Notes: generated by a model from the letters alone, not told the origin. Positions 44,575-53,795 are shown, counted from the stretch's first letter. The stretch is DNA of 59,659 nt from a virus (IMGVR_UViG_3300027889_000037:1-59659); one strand, 5' to 3'. Numbers and translations are program-made.

Positions 44575-44928
44575 TCACGCAGCGCGCATCGCTAGGTGCC
44601 AGTTTGGCTTTCCGGTTCTCAGGAATCGACGCAGAGCGTTCGCAGCATGATTGCGTTTCGCGCTATACGGGTCGCACCCTTTCTTGGCGCTCGGATAGAA
44701 AAGCGCGAAAGTCGGGTTCTTATCTGAAAGTCCCTCGAAGCCATGTGGAACAATTGTCCGAGCCCATCCCCGTATGCAGCCGGGGACTCCGCATTCTGGC
44801 GCGCCGCTGGTTCCCATATCAAAAAGTTTTGCTGGAATTTTTCGTGTTTCGAGTTTGTCTAAAACGGCAATTAGAGCATTGCGCTCCCCGGCAGTGATCT
44901 TCAATTCTCTTGCGGTCTTGAACTTCAT
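44575..44928 (-). CDS. Hypothetical protein
   Basis: AGGAGG RBS; FDM...CGVPGCIRGW. Confidence 0.7.
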   Translation of the reverse strand: MKFKTARELKITAGERNALIAVLDKLETRKIPAKLFDMGTSGAPECGVPGCIRGWARTIVPHGFEGLSDKNPTFALFYPSAKKGCDPYSAKRNHAANALRRFLRTGKPNWHLAMRAA

Positions 44929-44976
44929 GGTGTCCTCCTACCTCTAAGTTGGCGACATACTTGTTGTTTGTCGCCG

Positions 44977-45285
44977 CTAAAGTTGGCGTTCGATATAGTT
45001 TGCTATTTCCTTAAATGTCTTGCCATCGTCGTTCATTTTGGCAACCTCGCCCATTTGCGCGCCATCCATTCCTACATGCGCTAGCAACGGGAGTGGCAGT
45101 TCCAGCGCGTCGATTTCGCCGTCCCAGATAAAGGCTTCACCGTCTCGCTCTGCGCGGACCACGCGACACAGCACGCCGAGGCAGCAATGGGCGTCGATAC
45201 GCGCATCATAGAGTTGACTGTCGGTCTGTTTGTAGCGACCGCTGCGAAGGGCCTTAACCCATTTCTTTTTTATCGTCGCATCCAT
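44977..45285 (-). CDS. Hypothetical protein
   Basis: WVKALRSGRYKQ...CCLGVLC...MNDDGKTFKEIA phage pattern. Confidence 0.75.
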   Translation of the reverse strand: MDATIKKKWVKALRSGRYKQTDSQLYDARIDAHCCLGVLCRVVRAERDGEAFIWDGEIDALELPLPLLAHVGMDGAQMGEVAKMNDDGKTFKEIANYIERQL

Positions 45286-45298
45286 CGAAATCTCCCTG

Positions 45299-45577
45299 CT
45301 AACCTGTCGAAAGCGCCCGAAGCTCTTTCAGATATGCAATGCGCTTGCGCGGCGACAGGCGCGGCACCGGGAACTTGGAGTTCTTCGCGATCAGCTTCTC
45401 CAACTTGTCCAGCGTCGCCCATGCCATCGCTGCATCCATCGGCCCCGCCCCTGGTTCGACCCCCTGCTCCACCCAGGATCTCATGGTCGGATGTGGGCGA
45501 TCGAACCAGCGAGCCAGATCGGCAACCGTGAGGTTGCCATCCTTCTGGCATTTTTGGAGTCGGGACTGGAAGGTCAT
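45299..45577 (-). CDS. Helix-turn-helix protein
   Basis: LTVADLARWFDRPHPTMRSW. Confidence 0.65.
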   Translation of the reverse strand: MTFQSRLQKCQKDGNLTVADLARWFDRPHPTMRSWVEQGVEPGAGPMDAAMAWATLDKLEKLIAKNSKFPVPRLSPRKRIAYLKELRALSTG

Positions 45578-46518
45578 GACTTGAAGAAAGCGTTCAGATC
45601 GTTGGCCAGATCAGCCGGCGGTGCTGCCGGCTGCTCGATGCCGAAGGTTGGCGCGGCCTCGGGGCGGAAGGGGGCCATCGTTGTCTGGCCGTTCTCGGGG
45701 GCTGCCGGCGCGGCTTCCTTGGGCTTGGGGCCGCGTTTCTTGGGACCTTCAAGAACAGGTGCTTTTTCTTGCGGCTGAGTTTGTGTGCCGCTAAGCCCCG
45801 TGTTCGTTGCAGCGGTGGGTGCTGCCAGCACCCCCTGAATCGGCTGATCCAGCCGGCCCACGATGCCATCGGTCGCCTTCGAGGTCACGAGCTTGTTGCG
45901 TAGCGCGGTCATCTCCGGGGTCAGCCAGTTGGCCGGCGTAAACGTGACAACGCCGTTCTTGTCCTTCTCGAACTGCATCCGGGTGATCACGTCGCGGATA
46001 TCGAACGGCTGCTTCTTGAATTTCTCCGAGTAGGCCGACCAGTTTTTGAAGGAGCCGGGAGTGACGCGGAACTGGAAGATCAGGTCCTTGTAGCCGTCCA
46101 CAAGCACCGCCAGCCACTTCTCATCGCGGCAGGCTTTGATTGAGGCGCCGCTGAGCTTGCTCACCGCCGAGCCACGCACGTTGTTTGGGCACTGCTGGCA
46201 CGTTGGCGCCTGCGGCGTCATGGCTTCCTTGGACGGGCCGATGCCGTTAGCGGACCAGCAGATGGGCGGGTCCTTCGAATCGGGGGTCCACTCGTTGCCG
46301 TAGTAGAGTTTGCTCATGACATCGCCCAAATCTATAATGGCGACATCCAGATGTTTGGTGTCGATCGACGTTTCCTCGCCGGACGTATCGACCAGCGTGA
46401 ACTCGTTGCCGCGGATCGAGATATGCGGCGGCATCGCCGATCCCATGCCTTCGGTGGCACGGTCGGAGAGGCGGGGTAGAGTCGTTTTGGTCAGGTAGTC
46501 GGGTAACTGCGTAGCCAT
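45574..46518 (-). CDS. Putative ssDNA-binding/replication accessory protein
   Basis: CWS..G..P...CQQCP.N..GS...KAC; Pro/Ala-rich tail ending DLNAFFKS; in PolA-helicase operon. Confidence 0.65.
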   Translation of the reverse strand: MATQLPDYLTKTTLPRLSDRATEGMGSAMPPHISIRGNEFTLVDTSGEETSIDTKHLDVAIIDLGDVMSKLYYGNEWTPDSKDPPICWSANGIGPSKEAMTPQAPTCQQCPNNVRGSAVSKLSGASIKACRDEKWLAVLVDGYKDLIFQFRVTPGSFKNWSAYSEKFKKQPFDIRDVITRMQFEKDKNGVVTFTPANWLTPEMTALRNKLVTSKATDGIVGRLDQPIQGVLAAPTAATNTGLSGTQTQPQEKAPVLEGPKKRGPKPKEAAPAAPENGQTTMAPFRPEAAPTFGIEQPAAPPADLANDLNAFFKS

Positions 46519-46520
46519 GG

Positions 46521-46688
46521 TTACTCCTTAGTCTTGGGTTGTTCAAAAATTTCTTTGGGCAACGTCTTTTCGTAAATAATGTGATCGCCGTAGCCCATCC
46601 AGATCACATCAACTGTCGTTTCGCCAACTGCTTTTACCGTCATCCGGGATGAACCGGAAGGAAGTGCAAGCACGTCTCCAACTTTCAT
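46521..46688 (-). CDS. YodC/DUF2158-like small protein (not in ORF track)
   Basis: MKVGDVLALPSGSSRMTV...VIW. Confidence 0.65.
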   Translation of the reverse strand: MKVGDVLALPSGSSRMTVKAVGETTVDVIWMGYGDHIIYEKTLPKEIFEQPKTKE

Positions 46689-47083
46689 CACGACCTCCTG
46701 ATATTCACCCTATTAAAATAGCTGACCTCAATACCAGGAGGCGGCTGGTTCTTGTTGTCTTCCAGATACTGCTTGAGCGCGTCCTTCTGCGGTGCGCCGA
46801 CTTGCAGCAGCTCATTGCCGATGGCGTCCCAGTTCTCGTTCACGAAATCGAGGTACTTGTCGCGGTCGATCACCTTGGGAGTGGTGATGGTCGAGATGTA
46901 CGCGGTGCCATTGTCCGTAGACATAGAGTTTTGCTTCTGTTCGTGCATCATGCCGAGCAGGATGCCCTTGATCTCGTCCATGCGCTTCTTGTGCGGGGCA
47001 AGGTGTTCGGCGAAGCGCTTGGACTCAGCAGCGCACCAATCGTCCAGCTTGGTGTGTTCGGCGATAAGTTCAGCGGCATTCAT
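46688..47083 (-). CDS. Conserved phage replication-module protein
   Basis: Coiled coil + STDNGTAY...PPPGI...VNIRRS. Confidence 0.7.
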   Translation of the reverse strand: MNAAELIAEHTKLDDWCAAESKRFAEHLAPHKKRMDEIKGILLGMMHEQKQNSMSTDNGTAYISTITTPKVIDRDKYLDFVNENWDAIGNELLQVGAPQKDALKQYLEDNKNQPPPGIEVSYFNRVNIRRS

Positions 47084-48702
47084 AGCGCGTTCGCTTTCAC
47101 TAGGTCGAGCAAAGCGCCTTGAAGCGCCAGATTGTTCTCAAGTCTCCGGAAGATTTCTCTTTCGAGAGGGTTGCTGACAAGTTGGACGACGGTGGTTGGG
47201 AAGCGCTGTCCGGGTCTCTGCATCCTAGCGTTTGCTTGAGCGTACAATTCCGGTTTTTCCGTAACGCCGAACCAAATGGACAGCCGAGCGCGCCACAAAT
47301 CAAGGCCATGCGCCATAGTTTGCGGATCAGCAACAATATCGTCAAGCTCATCGCTTTCCTGGAAAGCCCTAAAAATCTCGCTGCGTTGCTTCTGGCTAAC
47401 ATCGCCGTTCACGATGGCTATGGATCGGTATTTCTTGACGTTCTTATAGATGATGTTGATAACACTTGTCAACGGGCAAAATATCAGCGACTTTCCAGGG
47501 GCTTGCTGTAGCACTTCCTCCAGCTCGGCGTGGCGAGGACTGGCGTCGATCACATGGACCTTGTGATTCTGGTCGTAGATCGCGCCGAGGCTGATTTGGA
47601 CTAACTTGATGCGAGCAGCAGCCTCGTTGACCGCCGAGATGGCAGCGCCAGATTTGACCGTAACCACGAAATCCTTCTTGAGATCGGCCATCAGCTTCTT
47701 TTGTTCTGCTGTTAACTCCACCTCGCGTTGCTGCGTAGTGAGTTTAGGGCCGTCCCAAACATCCTCAATAGCGAAGCGAATAGACGGCTTCAATAGCGCG
47801 CGGGCTCTCTCGTAACCGTCCTTGCGCGGGACCCATTTGAAGCTCTTGGGCGCGACCTGATACATCGTCTCCATCTGGAACGACTGCTTTGATTTGCCAA
47901 AAGCGTTGTTCAGGAGCTTGGCGAGGCCATACGCATCGGTAGGCGCATTAGGGGTGGGGGTTCCGGTAAGCAACCAAAGATACCCCTTTCGTCCAAACAC
48001 TGCTCTGGCAATTCGATGGCGCTTGGTGGTCGAGTCCTTATAGGCGGAAGCCTCATCGATGATACAAATTGCGATGTCGCCCCGTTCCGAGAGTTGCTTA
48101 GAAAAACCATCAAGCTCGAAACGTTTCCTTGTATGTGCTCCCACCCCAACTCCATCGAAGTTGACGATATAGAAGTCGGCAGGTCTTGCCAGAGCCTTAC
48201 TGCGAGCAGCGGCATCGCCGTGGAGGATTTCAACCGTGCGCGCGCCGAGGAAGTTTTTAAATATCCCATCGCTCCACACCCTCTGCATGATCGACAACGG
48301 ACAGACGATAAGCGCCCGACACGTTCCAGGCTTGTGCATTCGCATAACCGCGTCGGCCGCCCACAAGGTCGAGAGCGTCTTACCCACGCCCATATCGGAC
48401 AGCACGAAGCACCGCGGGTGCAGAATCATGAAATTGGTGGTCAGCTTCTGGGACTCGTAGGGATGGCCGATGGAAGGGTGACGGGGCCAGGAATAATTGG
48501 AGTCGGTCAGGACTGGCGGGACTGGGAAGTTGAAGTGCCGAAGGACCTGCGACGTGTGCAGGTTGCGCGGCACCGCCAGATACGAGCCATTCACTTCCCT
48601 GGCCTCGGGGATCGCCTGGCGCAACTGGTCGGTCAGGAATTGCGAGATGCTCCTGTAGATGAGCAAATTCCGAGTCTTGTCGTGGTAGAATTCGCTAGGC
48701 AT
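47080..48702 (-). CDS. SNF2-family helicase
   Basis: DMGVGKT Walker A, IIDEAS, LTGTP, HGLDL, QANARMQRPGQ. Confidence 0.92.
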   Translation of the reverse strand: MPSEFYHDKTRNLLIYRSISQFLTDQLRQAIPEAREVNGSYLAVPRNLHTSQVLRHFNFPVPPVLTDSNYSWPRHPSIGHPYESQKLTTNFMILHPRCFVLSDMGVGKTLSTLWAADAVMRMHKPGTCRALIVCPLSIMQRVWSDGIFKNFLGARTVEILHGDAAARSKALARPADFYIVNFDGVGVGAHTRKRFELDGFSKQLSERGDIAICIIDEASAYKDSTTKRHRIARAVFGRKGYLWLLTGTPTPNAPTDAYGLAKLLNNAFGKSKQSFQMETMYQVAPKSFKWVPRKDGYERARALLKPSIRFAIEDVWDGPKLTTQQREVELTAEQKKLMADLKKDFVVTVKSGAAISAVNEAAARIKLVQISLGAIYDQNHKVHVIDASPRHAELEEVLQQAPGKSLIFCPLTSVINIIYKNVKKYRSIAIVNGDVSQKQRSEIFRAFQESDELDDIVADPQTMAHGLDLWRARLSIWFGVTEKPELYAQANARMQRPGQRFPTTVVQLVSNPLEREIFRRLENNLALQGALLDLVKANAL

Positions 48703-48988
48703 AGTCGTCGATCAGGCGTCTCAATTGCGGAATGACGCGCTCTGCTGTTCCCCAAACGGCGTAACCGCCGGCTTTGCGAATCTCGGCCATGCGCGTGTCT
48801 TGGAGCGCCGTAGGCGCTTTGCCTTCGCGCTTCACCTCGATGCTCACGAATCGCCCGTTAACACAGGCTACGATATCGGGCACGCCAGCTTTACCGTAAC
48901 CCGACATGAACGGCCGGAAATGCCAGCAACCTATGGAGTCGAGATACTTGCCGATGGCTACTTTCTCGTGTCCTTCGGGGCTACGCAC
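48695..48988 (-). CDS. VRR-NUC domain nuclease
   Basis: GVPDIVAC..GRFVSIEVK...PTALQ. Confidence 0.9.
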   Translation of the reverse strand: MRSPEGHEKVAIGKYLDSIGCWHFRPFMSGYGKAGVPDIVACVNGRFVSIEVKREGKAPTALQDTRMAEIRKAGGYAVWGTAERVIPQLRRLIDDYA

Positions 48989-49688
48989 TGCGCGGCCTCC
49001 AATGCTCGCAATCAGAAACGGAACACCATGAGCAGAGGCCCGACTTGCGTTTTTCCCAGATGCCGCTCTTGCGCTTCTCGGCAATAAGCGCCATCAAGCG
49101 CCGCATCTCGCCCCACGTTCCTTTGAAATCCGACAGGTCGTACATCTGACCAGCACGATTTTCCTTGAGCCAGATGTAGCGGCCGACGACTTTCTTTACC
49201 TCGGGGAATTGAACTTTGAGCAAAACGGCGTTGGTCGCCAGCTCGAACGGATCCTCGTACTTGGATGACCCCGATTTCCAGTCAGTAAGCATCGCCTTCT
49301 CACCTTGGACAACAACAGCATCCGCTTTCCCGCGAAAATACACGTCGTTGTCGAAGAACCCGGTCTTGCGGGCTTGCTCGGTCATGCCCCACTTTTGCTC
49401 GACAAGGACATCGAACTTGTCGAACGGTTGCGCGAAATGATCCCAGTCCTTCATGTCGTCCGGTAGGACTTGGCCCTTACCAATTCGCTTCTCGAATGCG
49501 GTATGAACTGCGTTGCCCCACGCCATTTCTGGCGTTTCAACGTAGGGCTGGTCTTTCTTGATGTAGCGTCGCTGGAATTGTTCTTCGCACACATCGCGAA
49601 ACGTGTGCAAATTACTATAAGTGCCCACGAACGGCCGCCGATCAAGGAAAGCCGGGATGTCGCCTGGATCGGCGTCGATGAGGGTCAT
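48981..49688 (-). CDS. PD-(D/E)XK (Cas4-like) exonuclease
   Basis: GNAVH, RGKAD, DWKSG, CSWC....C. Confidence 0.85.
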   Translation of the reverse strand: MTLIDADPGDIPAFLDRRPFVGTYSNLHTFRDVCEEQFQRRYIKKDQPYVETPEMAWGNAVHTAFEKRIGKGQVLPDDMKDWDHFAQPFDKFDVLVEQKWGMTEQARKTGFFDNDVYFRGKADAVVVQGEKAMLTDWKSGSSKYEDPFELATNAVLLKVQFPEVKKVVGRYIWLKENRAGQMYDLSDFKGTWGEMRRLMALIAEKRKSGIWEKRKSGLCSWCSVSDCEHWRPRSA

Positions 49689-49864
49689 CGGTATTCCTTG
49701 GACAGTGCAAAGCCGTCGCCGCAACCATCGCTTTGCAAAGTTGCCGGCCAATAACCAAACGGCCAGAAACCTGGATCAACCGGAAGATCACAATGCCCTT
49801 CCGGCGCCGTGTCGTCATCAGGGTTGAGTGCGGCCCAATGGCGACAGTTTCGACACCGGTTCAT
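49685..49864 (-). CDS. Cys-rich 59-aa protein (not in ORF track)
   Basis: MNRCRNCRHW...GHC...WP....CG; ATGA overlaps at both ends. Confidence 0.65.
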   Translation of the reverse strand: MNRCRNCRHWAALNPDDDTAPEGHCDLPVDPGFWPFGYWPATLQSDGCGDGFALSKEYR

Positions 49865-50202
49865 CCGAATATCTTCCCGAGTGCAGCGGCAATCTTCTGC
49901 CTCGACTTCTTCGGCAGCTTCTGCAAGCCCGAGCCGATCGAGAGCAGCGCGCCGGATTCTTCCTCGGACAAGCTGCCAATCTCCAGCAACATGCTAATGG
50001 GCAGTCTCATTTCCTTGGCGGCGCGGGGTTTGCGGGTTTTCTTCGGCTTCGGCGTATCCATGGTGGAAGCCGGCGCTGCTTCTTTCGCCTTGCCATTGGC
50101 GGCGGTTTTCTTCCCGCGCGACTTCTTCGGCTTGCCCTCCGCAGGCGGGTCGCCCTCAACTGGTGGCTGGCCTTGCTTGAATTCTGCAAAGGGATCACTC
50201 AT
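49861..50202 (-). CDS. Lys/Pro-rich hypothetical protein
   Basis: AAGGAG RBS. Confidence 0.65.
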   Translation of the reverse strand: MSDPFAEFKQGQPPVEGDPPAEGKPKKSRGKKTAANGKAKEAAPASTMDTPKPKKTRKPRAAKEMRLPISMLLEIGSLSEEESGALLSIGSGLQKLPKKSRQKIAAALGKIFG

Positions 50203-50389
50203 TCTTCAGCTCCTTCCGGTTAACGTCTTGAGCATCGGACTGATGCCCCTCGCCGATGTAAGTCGTCAGATCGTGCTCTTTACCCACGGCCCGCTCGCGC
50301 AGTTTATCAGCCAGTTCAAGCAACTCCTTGCGGGCTGTGATCACCGCGCGGATGTTGATCTCGTCGCCGTCGTCTACGATTGTGAACAT
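50195..50389 (-). CDS. Hypothetical protein
   Basis: GAGGTG RBS before ATG 50389. Confidence 0.55.
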   Translation of the reverse strand: MFTIVDDGDEINIRAVITARKELLELADKLRERAVGKEHDLTTYIGEGHQSDAQDVNRKELKNE

Positions 50390-50553
50390 GGTATCACCTC
50401 TTTGCAGGAACAGAGCCACGACATCCCGACCGACCATTGATGATGCGGCCAGCCAAGATCAGGCACGGATATGTGCCAACCGCACATAAGAAAGTCCAGA
50501 ACGTGCTCGTGGCGGACATAGCGGATCGTCCAGTTACTTCGAGTAGCGTTCAC
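50374..50553 (-). CDS. His/Trp-rich 59-aa protein (not in ORF track)
   Basis: IRYVRHEHVLDFLMCGWH...HHQWSVGMSWLC fills gap after polymerase. Confidence 0.5.
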   Translation of the reverse strand: MNATRSNWTIRYVRHEHVLDFLMCGWHISVPDLGWPHHQWSVGMSWLCSCKEVIPCSQS

Positions 50554-52372
50554 CGAGACTACCTTCGCACGCTAATGGCAAACCCGGTAGCCATTCCGGT
50601 GTTCGAGACATCTCATCGCAGCATTCTTGTAGATGGTACTCTTTTTGTGGATCGTTGGCAACAAGAATCAGCAACTCGTCGTGCGTGGTGTTGAGAACGC
50701 GGTAACCGCGTTTAATGAGCCGCAGCATAGCTTGCGACATGACAATACGTGCGAGCCACTGAATGCAATTCTCCACTAATTTTCCGCTATAGAGTTTAGT
50801 CCAACCGTGACGTGTCCGGTAGCGCCAGTATTTATCGCCGCTCTCGGAATCAACATGCCACTGAAGGGTCTCAAAATGAAGCATGGTTCCGCCAGGGCCA
50901 AATATCTTATGGTCTCGAATTGTCATCGGTCCCCATTGACAGGTCTCGCCATTGGCAAGCCGTGGAATCATTCCGCCAGCAATTTTCCAGTAGCTGACAA
51001 CCATGGGATGCGTATCACGATAAAGGTCCCGCCACACAGTTGCTGTGTCGAGATCGATGCGCACAGGGGGGCCGTAGATACCCAGCCGAGCAGTGCTTTG
51101 AATCGTTTTCGCGCCGGCTTGGAAGCCGCAGGAAAGTTCAAGCTGCTTACCCGTTCCTCGCTCTTTGACGTGATCTTTCGTGACTTTGAAACCGTAGGCT
51201 TGCGAGGCAATGTTGACATATGGATCCTCCTTGTTGCGAAAACGTTCGATCACGTCGTCCTGACCAGCAAGATAGTTGAGGATGCGACACTCGATCTGGC
51301 TCAGGTCGATCGGCGCGAGCAATGACCCTTCGGGCGCCATGATGGCGCGTCGAATATCTGAACCACGTTTGAAGTTTTGCCAATTAGCTCCGTCGCCCCC
51401 GCTCCATCGTGTTGTATGAGCGCCAGCGTAACGGAGATAAACTGGCAAGCATCCTCTACAAGCCATCCAGCCCAAGGTCTCGGCCCTGGTTTGCAGTAAG
51501 GTGGATTTCTCACCTAGCCTCGCTTCTGCCAGCGTTCTAACGCGCGGCGAATCATCTTCCAGCAAGTCTCGCATGAACTGATCGGTTTTGGCAAACGCAT
51601 AGATTTCTCGCGGCTTGCCAGTCGCAGGATTAACCTTGCCATCCTTCGTAGCCGGCTCAACTCCTTCAGCTCGGAGCAGATCAGCAAACTTGTCTGCGGA
51701 GGCAAGATCGGTTTTCTCGACTCCCAGTTCGGCAAGCCGAAGTGCCTTGGCATTCGCTTCGTCCTCCCAGACTTTTGCCAAGAGGTCTATGTCGCCTCGC
51801 AGGCATGGCTCGCTGAACATCTTAACCGTGGCATCCACCACGTAAAGTTCTTCCTTCGGGAAACCATCCTTCATCAGCCGGCAAAAGATCGTCCAGATAC
51901 TTTCTACCTCGTCACAAGCGCCTTCGGCCATCTGCTGTTGCGTGGCATGGCTGAGTTCTTCCCATTTTTTTCCGTCAAAAGCTGAGTAAGGCGTAATCTT
52001 GCCGGGCATTCCGAAATGCTTGCGGACTTGCTCCAAGCTAACCGAGAGGTGGTTGCCCAGCATCAGCCGCGCCATGCTGAGCGTGCAACCGATCATCTTT
52101 GGATGGACATTGTAGTGGTGCGATTCGATCAAAGAATCAAAGTTGGCGTGGTGGTGAATTAGAAAGGTGTCCGACCAATCCTCTTGTGCAAGGATGTAAC
52201 GCGCCTGGCGCTCATCGTACCACCGTGCCGCGGTGTCGGACGACCACTTGATTGCGACGCCGTGCGCCTTGAACTGGGCGTCCCTAATGTACGCCTCGGT
52301 CGTCATCTTGCTGAGCGTGAAGCCGCTGGCGCTGCTGAATTCCGTTTCCCAGTCAGCGACGACGAACTTCAC
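50534..52372 (-). CDS. DNA polymerase family A with 3'-5' exonuclease
   Basis: DWET exo I, HHANFD, HTTRWSG, DLSQIECR motif A, RGTGKQLELSCGF motif B, TTHDEL motif C. Confidence 0.93.
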   Translation of the reverse strand: MKFVVADWETEFSSASGFTLSKMTTEAYIRDAQFKAHGVAIKWSSDTAARWYDERQARYILAQEDWSDTFLIHHHANFDSLIESHHYNVHPKMIGCTLSMARLMLGNHLSVSLEQVRKHFGMPGKITPYSAFDGKKWEELSHATQQQMAEGACDEVESIWTIFCRLMKDGFPKEELYVVDATVKMFSEPCLRGDIDLLAKVWEDEANAKALRLAELGVEKTDLASADKFADLLRAEGVEPATKDGKVNPATGKPREIYAFAKTDQFMRDLLEDDSPRVRTLAEARLGEKSTLLQTRAETLGWMACRGCLPVYLRYAGAHTTRWSGGDGANWQNFKRGSDIRRAIMAPEGSLLAPIDLSQIECRILNYLAGQDDVIERFRNKEDPYVNIASQAYGFKVTKDHVKERGTGKQLELSCGFQAGAKTIQSTARLGIYGPPVRIDLDTATVWRDLYRDTHPMVVSYWKIAGGMIPRLANGETCQWGPMTIRDHKIFGPGGTMLHFETLQWHVDSESGDKYWRYRTRHGWTKLYSGKLVENCIQWLARIVMSQAMLRLIKRGYRVLNTTHDELLILVANDPQKEYHLQECCDEMSRTPEWLPGLPLACEGSLGERYSK

Positions 52373-52689
52373 AACCGCACCAACCGATAGATCGACCCAT
52401 GTCCTTTGGTCGAAACAATCTTGAGCGGCGGCTTGAACTGGGCAATTTTTTTGTTCACGTAGTGCGTGGTGACAGCCACGATATTGTGACAGTAGTCGTC
52501 GCCATTAGACCGCGACGGGAAAACGCGCTCGCGAATGGCTTCGTGGGAAAGTCCCTGCGGTGCCTTTTTCAGTAAATTGAACAGAGCTTGCTGGTTCGGC
52601 CCCATGTGGACGACCTTGCCCTCGAAGCCGACAAGATCCGGCGTGAGCTGGCCGCAGCACGGGCAGCGGTAGTTTTTCTTGCTGGCCAT
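52369..52689 (-). CDS. Zn-knuckle + OmpR-like winged-helix protein
   Basis: CPCCGQ; IVAVTTHYVNKKI...IVSTKGHGSIYRL. Confidence 0.7.
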   Translation of the reverse strand: MASKKNYRCPCCGQLTPDLVGFEGKVVHMGPNQQALFNLLKKAPQGLSHEAIRERVFPSRSNGDDYCHNIVAVTTHYVNKKIAQFKPPLKIVSTKGHGSIYRLVRL

Positions 52690-52856
52690 TCTAGTCTCGA
52701 CTGAACACAGCATGGCCGGCGAGGAAAACCAGACCAACCGCAGCGAAGTAGATCAGCGCGAGGACGAAGGGCGTGTACATCGGAGATACCCCAGGACGGA
52801 GAGGACGACGAGGGTGGCGCTGATGAGGTGGGCAGACAAGAAATATAGCATGGAGG

Positions 52857-53066
52857 CTAATCCTTCGGTTGCGGAGGCCGGTAACCGAACTGCATTGCGA
52901 ATTCGACGAAGGCTCGCAGCACATCCGGCTCCAGGAACACTTCTTCGTCCGATCGCTCACGCGGCGCTCGAAGCTTAAACTGGTAGCCGTCGAACGAAGC
53001 ATAGAGGCCATCACCAAGATATGTCTCTCGCTTAGATAGCTCTTTCAGCGTCACGTCTACGGGCAT
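52857..53066 (-). CDS. Hypothetical protein
   Basis: YLGDGLYASFDGYQ..L...VFLEP; GGGGAG RBS. Confidence 0.7.
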   Translation of the reverse strand: MPVDVTLKELSKRETYLGDGLYASFDGYQFKLRAPRERSDEEVFLEPDVLRAFVEFAMQFGYRPPQPKD

Positions 53067-53068
53067 CG

Positions 53069-53320
53069 TCACTCTCCCCAATTAAACTGTTTCCCGTTCC
53101 GCAACTGGGCCTCGACGCCCGCACAGGTGTTGCGGTAGCGTTGCCAGACCGCGGGCTTGATCTTGCCAGACTTCTGCTTTCCCGCAATGTGCTTGGCGGT
53201 GCGGGGCGGGGTGAGCCCTTGTTCGGCCCACCAGATCGTCACAGCGCTATACCCGCTCAGTTTTGCCAACTCGGCCACCGACAGATTGAGAGATTCGCGC
53301 CATTGCTTCGCCTTGCTCAT
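53069..53320 (-). CDS. XRE/Cro-like HTH regulator (probably leaderless)
   Basis: WRESLNLSVAELAKLSGYSAVTIWWAEQG; TTGACA-N17-TAGAAA places +1 near the ATG. Confidence 0.8.
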   Translation of the reverse strand: MSKAKQWRESLNLSVAELAKLSGYSAVTIWWAEQGLTPPRTAKHIAGKQKSGKIKPAVWQRYRNTCAGVEAQLRNGKQFNWGE

Positions 53321-53397
53321 GGCTTACTTTCTACAGTCCAATAACAACCCTGTCAAGTATGCCTTGACTTTTATTTTTAGGAGCGTAGCCTAGTCGA

Positions 53398-53537
53398 GCA
53401 CAGTGCAAACCCCAAGCGGATGAAAGCCGCTGACCCAGGAGGCCGCCATGGTCAACTAACCCAGTTTAATTAAACCGGACTTTTGTAGAACTGAAATCTT
53501 GTGTGGGCGCTGCGGACTTTCACCGCGGCGCCCTTTG
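53398..53537 (+). ncRNA. Putative small RNA carrying Met-Val-Asn-stop minigene (53448-53459)
   Basis: TTGACT-N16-TAGCCT promoter, 5-bp hairpin, AGGAGG, ATGGTCAACTAA, terminator 53505-53537. Confidence 0.65.
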
Positions 53538-53539
53538 CA

Positions 53540-53617
53540 TAAGAAAAGGCCCCAGACCGCCGCAGGGCGATCAGGGGCCAGTCACACTCGTAAGGGAGTA
53601 GTCATCACAGTTCGGAC
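53540..53617 (-). ncRNA. Possible ~75-nt small RNA
   Basis: TTGACC-N17-CAGTCT promoter (53652-53624); GGCCCC..GGGGCC-TTTT terminator; no credible ORF. Confidence 0.35.
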
Positions 53618-53795
53618 GGGCTGAGACTGTCGTAGGTTCTGGCCGGGGTCAAGCAAAACCTTGACGGATTTGCGATTTGGGCTGAGTATGAAAAACCCCG
53701 CCACGGGGGCGGGGCTGATCTGGTGAGCGGTTGAGGAAGGGCGGTCGCACCCCTGATTTAGCCGCACAGCCGAACTTTGTCAACAGGTTGTGCCC

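Noticed and set aside
48981-49688. Cas4-like nuclease as part of the RAMP system
   Set aside because: It lies in the standard PolA/VRR-NUC/SNF2 replication operon 5 kb away; such exonucleases are routine in these phages
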